From the NCBI RefSeq assembly GCF_009914755.1, contig NC_060937.1: DNA of 64,000 nucleotides; one strand, written 5' to 3'. Made by a program: the position numbers and the translations under genes. Below, one piece after another: positions 1 to 13,319 of this stretch; positions within the stretch are counted from its first letter, which is position 1, and the number at the start of each line of letters is the position of its first letter. This DNA comes from the human T2T-CHM13v2.0 reference genome, Homo sapiens. Under the pieces are notes generated by a model. It saw only the letters and a program-made list of their open reading frames with translations. It had not been told where the DNA came from and searched no databases.

Positions 1-881
1 ACAAATAGGAAACTCAGTGTATAAAAATTGATACAGTATCTAGGAGTATCTAAAATATAAATACTTTGATAAAGTATTTATATTTTGGGAGCTCCTGACT
101 TGATAAAGTTTCATTATTGTTGATAATGGTTACTGAAAATAGACCATAGTGAGGAAGTTTAAAATGTTTATTAAAATCAATACTTATAAATGATAGATTT
201 ACCTGTTTACCTCACAAAAATGTCTTTCTCCCTCTTTTGCTGTCTCCTTTTTTCTTTTTCTAATATGTATGCATATATATAAATCTTAAAAAAATTGGTT
301 TAATGTGTATTTATAAAAAGATGGAGCATCTCTTTGAATTGATTTTCTGAAGGTAAATATTTCCCTCTCCTTCCACTACCGAATGCTTTATTTCTTGTCT
401 AAGTTTCTATTGGTTGACTCCTGAATGTCTTCATTGACATTGTCCATCTCCTTACATTCCTCAGTGTTGACACCTAACTTTATGACATGCCAGCCTCATA
501 ATGTGACTAACTAAAAGTCATTTGGATAGTTCATCTTTATATTTAATATAGCATATGGAAATACTTACAGGTTATTATAGTAATTAAGAATAATGCCATA
601 TTTCATTAGCTATGCCTCAGTAATTATGAATATATAATGATTTGAATAGGAATGATGCTAAAATTTACTTTTATGCTAAAAGAAAAAATCCTGCTAAAAA
701 AATTTATAGTGTACATATAATTTTAAGAGGATTAACTGAAAATGTTTCAAGTCCTTAGCAGTGTCACTTTGCATGGTAGTCATCAATAGATAGCTGAAGT
801 TATTTTACTTTATATATTTTATTTTACTTTACTTAAGTCACTTTACCTAGAACTAATCTGTCCATGATGTTTAAAATTAGT

Positions 882-1170
882 AGCCAGGCACAATGGCTGA
901 TGCCTATAATCCCAGCTACTCGGGAGGCTGAGGTGAGATGATCACTTGAGACCAGGAATTAGAGACCTATTTGGACAACACAGTGAGACTCTGTCTCTAC
1001 AAAAAATAAAACAATTAGCAAGGCAAAGTGGTACATGCCTGTAGTCCTAGGAACTTGGGAACCTGAGGTAGTAATATTACTTGAGCTTAAGAGTTCAAAG
1101 CTATGGGGAGCTGTGATCATGCCACTGCATCATTCCAGGCAACAGAGTGAGACGCTGACTCTTAAAAAAA
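882..1170 (+). mobile_element. Alu SINE, old (AluJ-like)
   Basis: Dimeric Alu: starts agccaggcacaatggctgatgcctataatcccagc, A-rich linker at ~1000, ends gagtgagacgctgactcttaaaaaaa; heavily CpG-decayed. Confidence 0.93.
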
Positions 1171-1594
1171 TTATTTATGATTATGTGTTAGATATGATCT
1201 TATTAATAAACTGAATTTTAAATATTGTTTATTTAGAAATTTTCACATATTCAAAGTGTTTTTCTTGATTTCAAGTTACTGAGATTTTTTTTTTCTTATA
1301 ACTTGAATAGTGTAGGTGTCAAGAATTGGATATTGTGTCAAGATAAACTGATATTTAAATATTTCAATTAAAACTGATTCCATTCTAGTTATTTATCATG
1401 TAGCAAAAATAGATAATTCGAAGTTGATTCATTTTTTAAAGTACTGAACACATGATAAGAAAGTCAATACGCAGATGTCCTAAAATTATTTATGACAATA
1501 AATTATGATAATTCAAATCAACTGCTAAGAATATATTTATTTGTACTTCCTTTTCTGACACCAAAATATATTTGTAATGTTAACATGTTTGATA

Positions 1595-1795
1595 CTAATC
1601 AGCCCAAGTTCAAACTCTAACTCTGTCATTTGTGAGCTCTGTGATATTGACCAAGTTACTTCATTTCTCTAAACTCTAGTTTGTTCCTTCATAAAAGGTG
1701 AAAAGCAGTAGCTATTTTATAAATGTTTCATAAGGATTAAATGGGATTATGTAAAATGTTCTCAACATGATCTCTGACATATGGTACTCAATGAA
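1595..1795 (+). mobile_element. MIR SINE fragment
   Basis: MIR core-like gttcaaactctaactctgtcatt...ttgaccaagttacttcatttctct...aaggattaaatggga. Confidence 0.7.
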
Positions 1796-2776
1796 GAGTA
1801 TGTCAATTAAATTAATTTTAATGTAATTAAATAAAAACATTCTATAATAGTGCACATAACCAATCATCTTCAGTTTCAATTACAATTAATAAATAAGGCA
1901 AATTTTTATGACCCCTAAAAATACCCATTTACAGAATATTATTTGTAAATGAGTTACCTGCATTGGCTCATGTATCGTATATAATTAAACATTATTTTTA
2001 AATTGCTGAAAATCTTTGCAGGCTATACCTCCAGGATTAGGAGGTAGTATTGGCTATTAACGCACAAACTGCATTTAATTTTATTGACTCATTTTATTCA
2101 GCCTATTTAATTAACTTCCTTGGCAATACACTCAATAATGGAGCCCTTTTCAAATTCTTATCCCTTAAATGCTGGCTTTACTCTTGAAATCTGTCCTCAG
2201 TTCTCTTCTCTTCTCACCTATCACTCCTCAGATGATCTCATTCGCCCCAGGAACTTCAGTTACTATCTATTTGCTAATAAGTTCTACATTTATTTCTCCA
2301 GCACATAGCTCTTTATATCATAAAATCCATGCTCTATTGGGCATCTCCATCTTAATTCCCACAGGAATTATAAGTGCATACAAACTGAATTCAACATAAT
2401 CTGCTGGTAAACTATTGTGTCTCTTATTGTATTTATTGAAATACAATATGCTGCAATCAACCCAGTTGTAAGAATTGAAAATCTGGATATCATCTTCAGT
2501 TTCTCACTCCATCTCAGCCTTCACAGTAATCAAACATCAAATTCTACCATATCATCTCCATTTTTACTATCACAACTCTGGATTAGGCCATATCCACTCT
2601 TTCTTAAGATATTTTGACAGATAATTAAATGTTATGCTTTTACTAGTCTTTTTGCCTCCATTTCAGTCTCTGCGACATAGCCAGCATGATCCTTCTAAAG
2701 CACAAATGTAATTATCAGACCCAGTTCTAAAATCAGTGAGGCTCAGGCAAGAGCATAAATGGAAGTGCATGGCTTC

Positions 2777-2971
2777 TGTGATGGATAATTGTAGGTGTCG
2801 AATTGACCAGATTAAGGAATACCTAGAGAACTGCTAAAGCATTATATCTGTGTGTGTCTGTGAGAATGTTTCTAGAAGAGATTGGTGTGTGAGTCAGTGG
2901 ATTGAGTCGGGGAGATCTACCCTCATTGTGGGCAGGAACCATCCAATTGACTGGAGTACCAGACAAAGCAG

Positions 2972-3003
<32 letters not shown>

Positions 3004-3392
3004 GAGCTGGTAAACCCTTCTTCCCCTGCCCTTGGACATCAGAACTCCAGCCTCTCTGGTCTTTCTTTGGATTCCATGATGTACCACCCATCCCCACAAG
3101 ATTCTCAGTCCTGTGGCCTTGGACTGAGAATATCACATTCAGCTTCTCTGGTTCTGAGGAGTTTGTACTTGGACTGAACCATGCCACCAGCACCCCAGAG
3201 TCTCCAGCTTACAGCTGGCCTGTCATGGAACTTCTCAGTGTTCATAATCGCATGAGCCAATTCCCCTTATAACCCCCTCTCATCTATCTATCTATCTATC
3301 TGTCTATCTGTCTATCTATCTGTCTATCATCTATCATCTATATGTCATCTATCTTATTGGTTCTGTCTCTCTGGAGAATCCTGACTAATATA
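2777..3392 (+). mobile_element. MLT2 (ERVL) solo LTR, MLT2B-like
   Basis: Starts tgtgatggataattgtaggtgtcgaattgacc, ends tctggagaatcctgactaatata; 5-bp TSD gcttc/gcatc; internal (GAAAA)n and (TCTA)n. Confidence 0.88.
3281..3352. repeat. (TCTA/TCTG)n compound tetranucleotide microsatellite inside MLT2
   Basis: catctatctatctatctatctgtctatctgtctatctatctgtctatcatc... Confidence 0.9.
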
Positions 3393-4056
3393 GCATCTCT
3401 ACCCTCAAGCTCCATTCATTGCTCCCAGGTGCCTCAGGCACGTACATAGAGACACTTCAACCTGTATGTCCAATCATTGCCCATGATCATCCTTCCCAAA
3501 ACAGCTGTTCAGGGCCCTTTACTCCAGCCTATTGGTGAGCCCACAGTTGAGAGCTGCACTTAAAGGGACAGACCCAGGGAACAGGCCACACATACCATGG
3601 GAGCAGTTTGGGATTATCTAGGTATGGTGTCCTGGGTGACTATATACACAGAGAGTGCTATAGAAGGGTGAGAATGGGCTCCAGGTGGCACTGTGCCCTT
3701 GGCCCTTTGGACTTCTTGCCCTATGAAGAGAGTCATAGTTAGAAGAAGCCATGAACCAGGGCCCATTTTTCTGGGTCTAAGTGTGATACTGCTATTATTA
3801 TTAATTCCCTTTTGAAAATACTTTAATAACCCTCTATTTTCTTCAAGATCAAGTCCCAACTCAGTACAGAGTAGAAGGCCTTTAAAGGTCTGACTCTTGT
3901 ATATTTCTCTATTTTATTTCTCAACATACTATATTTCACATTCTACAACTCTATATTCATATTCATATACTCATATTCTATAATTCTGGTAAATCAGAAG
4001 TCATTTCAGTTCTTTAAATATGGAATATTTTCTCTTCTACCTGGATTTTACATACC

Positions 4057-4342
4057 TTTTTTTTTTTTTTTTGAGATGAAGTCTTGCTCTGTCACCCAGG
4101 TGGGAGTGCTCTGCTCACTGCAGGTTCCGCCTCCTGGGTTCAAGCGATTCTCCTGCCTCAGCCTCCCAAGTAGCTGGGATTACAGGCACCTGCCACTATG
4201 CCCAGCTAATTTTTGTATTTTTAGTAGAGACAGGGTTTCACCACGTTGGTCAGGCTGGTCTTGAACTCTTGACCCCAAGTGATCCACCTGCCTCAGCCTC
4301 CCAAACCGCTGGGATTATAGGCGTGAGACACCGTGCCCGGCC
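4057..4342 (-). mobile_element. AluS (Sx/Sz-like)
   Basis: Poly-T then gagatgaagtcttgctctgtcacccagg...caagcgattctcctgcctcagcc...gtgcccggcc; small deletion in the right monomer. Confidence 0.95.
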
Positions 4343-6089
4343 AGCAGAAACTATTTTCTTTGGAGTGTGCCAGCACTCTCCACATATCCTCCACCTGGGT
4401 ATTTCCTTTTCATATTTCAGGTCTCAACTAGATGATACTTTATTCATGGAAATTTTTCTTACACTTATTCATAATAGGGCTCTGTGTCTTTTTACCACTA
4501 AAAATTTATACATTCTATGTGTCATGTCCTTACTGTTTTATTTAAACAAATGCTAAACACTTACTTATAAATCTGACTGGAGTCTCATGCAGAGATTATG
4601 ATAAATCCTACCTGCTTTTGGAACATAATCCACATTCATTGCTGTAGTCTATAGGGTAGTTTTCCTATGGTCCTTTGCCCCCATCTCCTGCTGTTTTGCT
4701 TCTGCTCCTATTCTGTTCCAATATTTAGGCCTCTCCACTGATTTACACACAGAGCATTTCTACCAAATTTGTGAAATAATTTTGTTGAGGTTAATTCTAT
4801 TGAAGACTGCAGGGTTCATCAGAGGGAGTTCAGAATCATATGCCACAACATTTCAATAGAAAAATTCTTATACCTGTTTCTTCTTTGATGTTTCTCCTTG
4901 CCTTCCCTCTCAATAGGGTTGTTAGTCTTCCTTATTCTTACACCACCTAAAGTCGAGACTCAAAGACATATTGATCCTGAATTTCTTCCAGAGAAACCTC
5001 AATAGTGACCCCCGCCTTAATTTGGGAGATTTGTCATCTCTGTCATAGTTTCTATTCTTCAGAAATCTTACTGAAGAATAATCTAAATAAAGCCAATATA
5101 TTTATCCAAAAATATTTTTATACAAGCTACTCAAAAGAAAAAGAAAGTGTATATTTATATTATGGTCAGGATGTGCTCAAGAGTTGGGTCCAATTGACTG
5201 TCCACTGCTTCAGATCTATCAGGAAGCTGAGGTGGAACAATTATTGCAACACTTACATCTGACCTGAATAAATCCTGAGTGTTATGTATTAATCACATTA
5301 AAGCAGCCTGAACTTCAGTAACAAAAAATGGGGGTTAACCCAATAAGCTTCTGACCCATAAAAAATGAGTGCAAATTATGCATTAATGTGTAACTGATCA
5401 CATTAGCAACATTCTGCCATGAAACAGATGTCTATCTGCTCCCCACAGCATTGTATCTGTGAAGTTTGCCATCTCCAGAAATGAATCCTTGATTTATTAT
5501 TGCCCCAGGCTAATTAAAGAAAATGTTAAGTCTCAGCTTTGTGATTCATGCTTATTGACTATGTGGTCAGTGAAGGAGAAAGAAACCAGAGATTTAACGG
5601 AACAAAGGCCATCTGTGTCTTATTTTGAAATTGATTTTTAAAAAATATAGGGCATCTGTGGCAAAATGACAGCAATTATAGACTTCCATATGTGAATATT
5701 AAAAGGAAACACATTTAGAAGTTGATAATTAACTAATAATTATTTTCCAGGTGGTATTATACCTCAACTTAATTTCTGCAGACATACTTCTATCATGGCC
5801 ACAGTGTTAGATAAAGACAATATTGAAAGACAAAGGCACTTTTGATTATCTGTACAATTGAAAACCTTATACAAATGCTCATCTTTAGGCTGAAACTATT
5901 ATTAAATGATACAAATTCACTTTAATACAATGCAATAGTGTAAGTGCCAAATCAGGTGTTATAGTGAACTTATTATGTGCAGCAGATACTGCTTTTTATT
6001 AGTAAGTTAGCCATAGAAAAGCAAACGTAATTTTGGATATTTTAAATTATATGTAATAAGTCTATTCCTTTAAAAGTTAAGCTAAAGAA

Positions 6090-7083
6090 GATGACAGAAG
6101 AGGAAGCTTCTGGACTCTGTCTCCCCACCTAGTCAATAATTGCACTGGCAGAATCTGTCTGATGTAACTATTTTGGAAATCTGGAGTCTATTAAAGGCTT
6201 AAAACTTCCAGAGAAAGGCTTGAATGGTAAATTGTGGTTAATTTTAGTCAATTTCAGCTCCCAGAACAGTAGCTGACACCCATTTCCCACTGCAGATTCA
6301 CAGCAGGCAGCTGTGCATGTGTTCCTGGAGCAACCTACACACAGCTTACAGATGCCAAGGTGGGCACAAAAGGACCCTGTCTTCCAAATATTGGGGATCT
6401 GTGCTCTAATTGCTGATCGCAGAGGTGCAGACAAAGAGGTGGGAAGCCATTGCTTTGCTCCTCCTCCCATTATTACAAGTCCATACCGCCTACCTTCCCG
6501 CCATTGGTTGTTGTGACTTTCAGATGACTTAAAGGGCTGGTATCTTTTTCCTGCCTTCATTTTTCTCTTTTTCCACTTTTAGAAGCCAGACATAAAAGAA
6601 TAAACATTACAAAACAATTGCATATGTGGGAAAAATTAGGAAGTGACCATGTATTCTCAGGGAAAGGTGCAGGCTCCAAAAGGACCTACCAGGACCTTAA
6701 GTTTATTCTCAGGCTGATCACTGGCAGAGACAGGCTACAACAGTTATGATACAAAAACAATAATGATAACAAAAACAGCAAACCCTGTGGAAGCGGGAGA
6801 ATCTGATTTCCAGAGTTACCATGTTATTAGCTTCAAATGTCAAATTTTTTTAAAAAAATTACAAGACATAAAAAAAAAAACCCAGAAAAGCATAACCCAT
6901 TCAATGGAAAAATAAAACTAAATCAATAGAAACTATTTTTTAAAAAGACCTCATGCATGTCTACTAGACAGTGATTTCAAACTATCTTAAAGATGTTTGA
7001 AGAACTAAAAAAGATGTGAAGAAAGTTTAAAAAAGATGCATAAACAAAGTGGAAATACTGATAAATAGAAAACCTAAAAAAAT
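6090..7083 (+). mobile_element. L1M (L1MB-type) 5'UTR and start of ORF1, degraded
   Basis: L1M 5'-end-like ccccacctagtcaataattgcactggcagaatctgtctgatgtaactatt; A-rich ORF1-like aaagatgtttgaagaactaaaaaagatgtgaagaaag; same orientation as the L1 resuming at 14599. Confidence 0.7.
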
Positions 7084-7084
7084 A

Positions 7085-7302
7085 TGAATAGTTCATCCCT
7101 TGTTTAGCATATAATTATGAAGTAACAATAAATATCCTTGGTTAAGCAGCTCAAGCCACTGCTCTGCCAATGAAGTAGCCATTCTTTTATTACTTACTTT
7201 CTTAATAAACTTGCTATCGCTTTATGAACTTGCCCTAAATTCTTTTTTGTATAAAATCCAAAAACCTCTTGGGGTCTGGATTGGGACCCTTTTCCAGTAA
7301 CA
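7085..7302 (+). mobile_element. MER41 LTR, 3' part only (5' LTR of provirus)
   Basis: tttagcatataat...gtagccattcttttatt...aataaacttgc...ggggtctggattgggacccttttccagtaaca; followed by a degenerate tRNA-Arg-type PBS tggtgaatccagaagggac (~7308-7326). Confidence 0.85.
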
Positions 7303-7720
7303 TCTTTCTGGTGAATCCAGAAGGGACTGTACTGAAGAGACCCCTGACCCAAGGAAATAGACTGCAGCACCAGTTGGCTGACTTTGGGAAAGTAGTGGGG
7401 TACCCAAGTAAAGAATGGGATTGGGTTAGAGGCCCAACTTAGGGGAGTGAGAGTCTCTCCTAAGAAAGAGTAGGTTAAAGGACCCTCTTAATAAAAAGGC
7501 TAGGATGCTTGAGCAAACTTGGGTTTGAGGTCCAATTTAGGAAGGTTAGAGTCCTTCCTAAGATTTTGAGGGGTTGGACTATCCTCTCAGTAAATGTCCT
7601 CTTGGCCAAGAATGGATTTGGCATTATGGCATGTTAACCACTATTCTCTTTGGATTAATCTGCCTTGTACTCTTTGCTGATGGCTGTAGGTGACAGGAGT
7701 AGGCAGGTACAGGATCACTG

Positions 7721-8577
7721 TGATAGCAGCAGTGGCCCTTCTGGAGCAGCCACTGCGGGGACAGCAGCTGCAGTGGGGAAGGCAAGGTCAGGGCTGCGGG
7801 CTCTGCAGAGCTAGGGGGTGGCTGGGAACAGGCAGGGGCCCTGCCCCCTACTAAGTTGGTGGGTGGGACCCCCATGCTCCCAGGAACAGCTGCAGCCACC
7901 CAGCCATGGCTCTGGACCCAGGCATCTCTGTGTTCTTGGGGACCCAGGAAGCCCCTGCCCCCTCAGGCTTAAAAGTGCCTGCTCCCACTCCCTGGCCTCT
8001 CCCAGCTCCTGGCACCCGCTCTGGGGCAAAGCAAAGTTGTGGCTGAGCCTGGCCACTGTTGTGATCCAGCTGGGTGTGTGTGCACTCAGGATGGTGCTGA
8101 CATGCCAGCCCCCTGCTGCCTTGGTCTTCTCTAGACTTTGGATCCTGACAAACACAGGAGGAAGGCTGAGGAGGGGCTGAGGGCAGCTCAGTGCAGACCT
8201 GAAGGTGGTCCTCCACATGAACAGCTTGGGCACCATGGATAGCATGTTGATGATGGCAGGAGGCAGATAGGCTCCTGGGTTGAAATAGGGAGGTCCCTGG
8301 TGAAACCCCACCTTCAAGCCAGGGAGGACCTGAAGCCTGGGTGCTGGGATGCCAGTTCCAGGTGGAGTCTCTGGCCTGGAGTGAGAACTTGTGCTTCTTC
8401 CAGGACCTCGCATGGCTGCCCATGGACCAGTCAGCATTCACTTCCTCCCTTCTGAGCCCATAAAAACCCCAGACCCAGCCAGGCTTGAACAGATTTTGGG
8501 ACTACCAGCTGCAGGAAGGAGCTATCCACTTCAGGTCTCCTTGACTGTTCAGAACAACCTTCCTGCAGAAAAGAGCT
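7721..8577 (+). mobile_element. MER52 LTR (ERV1), 3'-truncated
   Basis: GC-rich; starts tgatagcagcagtggcccttctggagcagccactgc; colinear with the first half of the copy at 39404-41004; source of overlapping spurious ORFs. Confidence 0.85.
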
Positions 8578-11500
8578 TATAAAAACTTCTTTCCACCTCT
8601 TTGAAAATACCTGTACACTCCTGTTAAGCCATAACTTTACTTAAGGCTTATTGGTTTTACCTGTGAGGTTGCTTTTGGTAGCATTTGAAAGCCAGAAATA
8701 TCAGCCATTCAGCCTGGCTAAAGTCAAGTAATGAGATTAAAAAGGATTTTTTTTTTTTATAAGAGCACTAGGGTTAGAAGTCAGCTTAATTAAACGTGGA
8801 TATTCAAGTTCTACCAACCTGGGATTCCTTGGGAAAAGCAGAGGAGATGCTACAGACCCCATTTTGGGAAAACCTCTGTTTTCCTCATGAAACCCCAGGA
8901 GTTAGAAATGGATAGATCCATCTCAAAATTGAAGGCTCTTTTCTGTTTTGCATTGCGTTATCTGATTTTTGACTTTTGGTGATATCAGAAATTACTTTGC
9001 ATTATGAGAGAGTTTTGCTGTGTAATAACTGTAGAAAATATACTTTGGGCATAGCTAATTGTAGTTATGGGAGGATACTCAGCTGTTTGCACATTTAGAT
9101 CAGAGAAGCATGCTCTTGGCCACCTGGAAAGTATGGAAATGTCATGTCCCCTCCACTGAGAAATGAAACTCCCATAGGGGATGGGCTAATCACAGAATGG
9201 GCTGATTGGCTTTGGGTTGCTTTGCAATAAAATGCATGATAAAATCATTGCGCTGTCTTGTTCCATAGTATTTATTTTTGGGGAATCCAGGATTTGGTAT
9301 AAAAAAGGGACCCTTACATTTTGGGGATCTGTTTTGCCTTCTAGCTGTGCCTACTCGGCTGTAGAAACTGTATGCTTCCCTGACCCTGTTCCTCCAGGGG
9401 CTCCACCCTAAGGCCAGTAATCATATTAGGAAACTGGCAAATGAAAAATTTTACAACTACTGGATCTTCTGTCTCTGTATATATGTTGTGTGTGTGATGT
9501 TATATGAAAGCTTTAAAATAATAAAAGCTAAATCAAATATTTTATCGAAAGGTAAAAGGTGTAATGCCTGTGAGTTCATGCGACTTTAGTAATCTTTGGG
9601 AAATAAAAACAGTTTTATTGGTAAAATAAAAATGTCTTCAAAATTTAGACATTTGGTCTAAATTATGCAGGTTTGCCTAGATTAGAGGGTTAAAGGATTA
9701 TTTTAAGTTAGATATGATAAAGCTGAAGGTTTGAACAAGTTTTGGAAGGTTTGTGAAAAATTAATCTTGTAAAAGAAATTCTGTGTGTGAACATACTGGA
9801 TAAAGTTAAAGGGGTATTATTCAGTTTTTCTGTAAACTGAATATTAAAATAAAAGCACAGAAGGTTTTTCTTAGAGCACTGATCTACTTTTTGCCAAAAT
9901 TTTGTAAAGCGTTTTAAAAGGTTAATAAAAATCTTACCTTATGGTCAGACATTAAAATTGGATAAATTTTTCTATAAGGTATTAAGAATTGGGTTTGACT
10001 TCAATAATGCACAAATGCAGTGGTGAAATTTGGCTTATTTGGTATAAAAACCAGCAGGAAACATTGTCAAATATAAAATGGTGTTAGGCTTTCTTTGGGA
10101 TCTATTTATATAAATATGTTATTGGTAGGTTTTCCAAAACCATGGGAAACTCCTGTAATTTTAATATGACTTAGTGTATGTTATTAATAATTATAATTGT
10201 TATATAAAATTGTTGTATGCCACAGAAGTAACCAAATTTTCTTGCCAATTGTGGCTTTAGTAGTGACTGTCCTAACTAAGACTTTTTATCACCTACAGAC
10301 AATTGTCTTGCTTTGGTCCTCTTTAGAAGATGGATTATAGTCAGATATTGGACTTTGACAGATGCTCTTAAATGCAGGTTTCTGATAACTTTGGAGATTG
10401 TGACATTAGAATAGAGGAAAAACTTTTTCAGGACCCATGGAAAGCTAAAGTGTTAATGAATATCAAGCAGGACAGGAGCTAACTGCATGCACCAAACTAA
10501 GAGAAGACTGAAGTAAGCTTTTTTGAATTTTTGCTTAAAATGTTGCTGATCCTTTGTTTTTCAGAGCCAAGCAAACTTTTCTTTTGCACTAATCACAGCT
10601 TTTAACAATTGAGTAAAGTATACTCCTGTCAACAAAATTTGGGGCATGTTTGTTTCTCTCTACTTGATTTCTCCAATATTTGTACACTATTTGTAAATAT
10701 CCTTAACTTACGGCAATATTTTTTTCAGAAGTGCAATAAGAATCTGTTTTCATTTGTAACAGGACATAATTGGAGAAACTGGTTATTTTACCAAGGCTTT
10801 GACTGAAATGATGTTTTCTTTTAAGAAGTCAAACTTGACTTATAGAGCCAATAAAAGTTCCTTGAGAAAACTGGCATCACATAGTCCTATGTAGACTATG
10901 TCTACATAGTCCCTGTACAGGGTTCCAGACCTGTGTAAGTAAAGAATGTCACTTTCTGACAGGCCCAGGAACCCCAAGTTATCTTGGGACCTTAAGAGGA
11001 GAGGAATTTACTCAACTCCTAGGTATTTGAGGGTAGAAACCCATGGCTGGGCTTGGCTTTAAAAAAGTCTTATCTGAGATATCTTCTATGGAATGGAGCT
11101 CTATCAAAGCCAATTTAAAAAGTGCTATGTAAAAAAACATTTTTTCTTGCTGTACTTTATACAAATAATCTGGCCAAGTATAATAAAGCAAATCAGTCTT
11201 ACCATGATTTGTCTTTAGTAAAAATGGGAAACTGGAGAGAAAAAAAATTATGTTTCAAGAACTATGATGCACCTGTTATAAAACTCTAGTCTCATCAGTT
11301 GTTTTTCAGGGTTTTTCTGCAATTTAGGCTGACCTTGCTTATTCCTGTGAGCCAATTAGTGATCTCTGACTGCAGCTCAGAAGGAACAAGAGGGATGGGG
11401 AATGTAAAAATCCAGATCAATATTCTAATTCTGGACACATTGGAATCAGCTAGCAACTCTTTATCAGCTTGGTTCCATCAGTTGCCCAGTTCATGAGAAA

Positions 11501-11598
11501 CCTTCTTAAACAGTTTACTTGGGATAATTTTACTTATTTTGCTTTAATGTTGCGGAATTATATTGCTATTGTACTTTTTATATAGGAGTGCTGGATAA

Positions 11599-11917
<319 letters not shown>

Positions 11918-12011
11918 TCAGTTTCCTTAAATTGAAGAGTTATTAATCTTCCAGATTCATAACTCCATTCATAACAGTTGGAGTTATGAATGGCCCTTAT
12001 CATACTACTGA

Positions 12012-12341
<330 letters not shown>

Positions 12342-12517
12342 ACCATACTGATGCTCTCTGATTGAGCTCCTCTTTACCCTGAATACAACAAGAGACCCCG
12401 ATAGTTAGGCAGGCATATAAATGTCCTTGTTCAGCATGAATGAGTTACAGCAGATGAATCTTCATTCCTCTGCAACCCTTAGGATTAAGGGTTCTCTTTT
12501 AAAACTGAGGGGTGAAA

Positions 12518-13078
12518 TGTCAGATGCATTTGACAACTCCATCTTGAATAGGGGCTGGGAAAAATAAGCCTGAGAGCTAGTGGGCTGCATTCCCAGGAGG
12601 TTAAGGCATTCTTAGTCACAGGATGAGAGAGGAGGTCAGTACAAGATACAGGTCATAAAGACCTTGCTGATAACACACTCTGTGGTAAAGAAGCCAGCCC
12701 AAACCCACCAAAACCAAAATGGCAACAAGAGTGACCTCTGGTCTTCCTCACTGCTTATTATATGCTAATTATAATGCATTATGTGCTAATTATATATATT
12801 ATATGCTAATTATAATGCATTGGCATACTAAGAGATACTCCCACCAGTGCCATGACAGTTTACTAATACCATGGCAACATCAGGAAGTTACCCTATATGG
12901 TCTAAAAAAGGAGAAGCCCCCAGTTCTGGTAACTGCTCCCTTCTTTCCCAGAAAACTCAAGAATAATCCACCCCTTATTTAGCATATAATCAAGAAATAA
13001 CCACAAAAATGGGCAACCAGTGACCCGTGCTGCTATTCTGCCTATGGAGTAGCCATTTTTTTATTCCTTTATTTTCTT
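12518..13078 (+). mobile_element. MER41 LTR (MER41B-like, 3' LTR), missing its 3' end
   Basis: Starts tgtcaga...caactccatcttgaataggggctggg; contains tgggctgcattcccaggaggttaaggcattc and ccatggcaacatcaggaagttaccctatatggtc; breaks off just before aataaacttgc. Confidence 0.9.
12924..12953. promoter_or_regulatory. Tandem GAS (STAT1-type) motifs in MER41 LTR
   Basis: ttctggtaa at 12924-12932 (variant) and ttcccagaa at 12945-12953 (matches TTCNNNGAA), where MER41B carries its tandem GAS sites; activity not shown by sequence. Confidence 0.55.
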
Positions 13079-13319
13079 TTTTTTTTTTAAAAGACTCTAT
13101 CCAGTTTGTTCTCTCTCAATTTTAGAAAAACATCTTTCACACTTTCCCTCAAATATTGAGCCATATAAAATCATCGTTCATTTTAACTTTAAATTGACTT
13201 TAACAATGACAACTTAAGGTACTATGTTAGATGCAGTAAACCAAACAGAGTCTTAAAATCTAAACATTCTTGACAATCAAGTAGGAATGACACACTTTTT
13301 TTTCATTTAACATTTCAAC

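Larger units (their letters stand above)
2716..3791. mobile_element. Old hAT-Tip100-like non-autonomous DNA transposon (FordPrefect-like), interrupted by MLT2
   Basis: GC-richer block that interrupts L2; begins cag..., ends ...gggtctaagtgtgatactg; degenerate ~8-bp flanks gtaattat/ctattatt; family assignment from recall only. Confidence 0.4.
2160..4550 (+). mobile_element. L2 LINE 3' region, split by a hAT element (itself holding MLT2) and an Alu
   Basis: L2-like motifs gatgatctcattcgccccaggaacttcagttactatctatttgctaataa and tgatccttctaaagcacaaat; resumes after 3791 with ttcaagatcaagtcccaactc...aaggcctttaaaggtctg and after the Alu with ttcaggtctcaactagatg. Confidence 0.65.

Noticed and set aside
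321-358. Possible small exon ending in aag|gtaaat
   Set aside because: Poor upstream acceptor, stops in all three frames, and such donors are common by chance.
2850-3272. 140-aa ORF with a basic NLS-like stretch
   Set aside because: Lies in the MLT2 LTR; the K/R run is the translated (GAAAA)n repeat.
7624-8582. Cluster of overlapping ORFs up to 208 aa
   Set aside because: All lie in the GC-rich MER52 LTR, where stops are rare; they occur on both strands with no recognisable domain.
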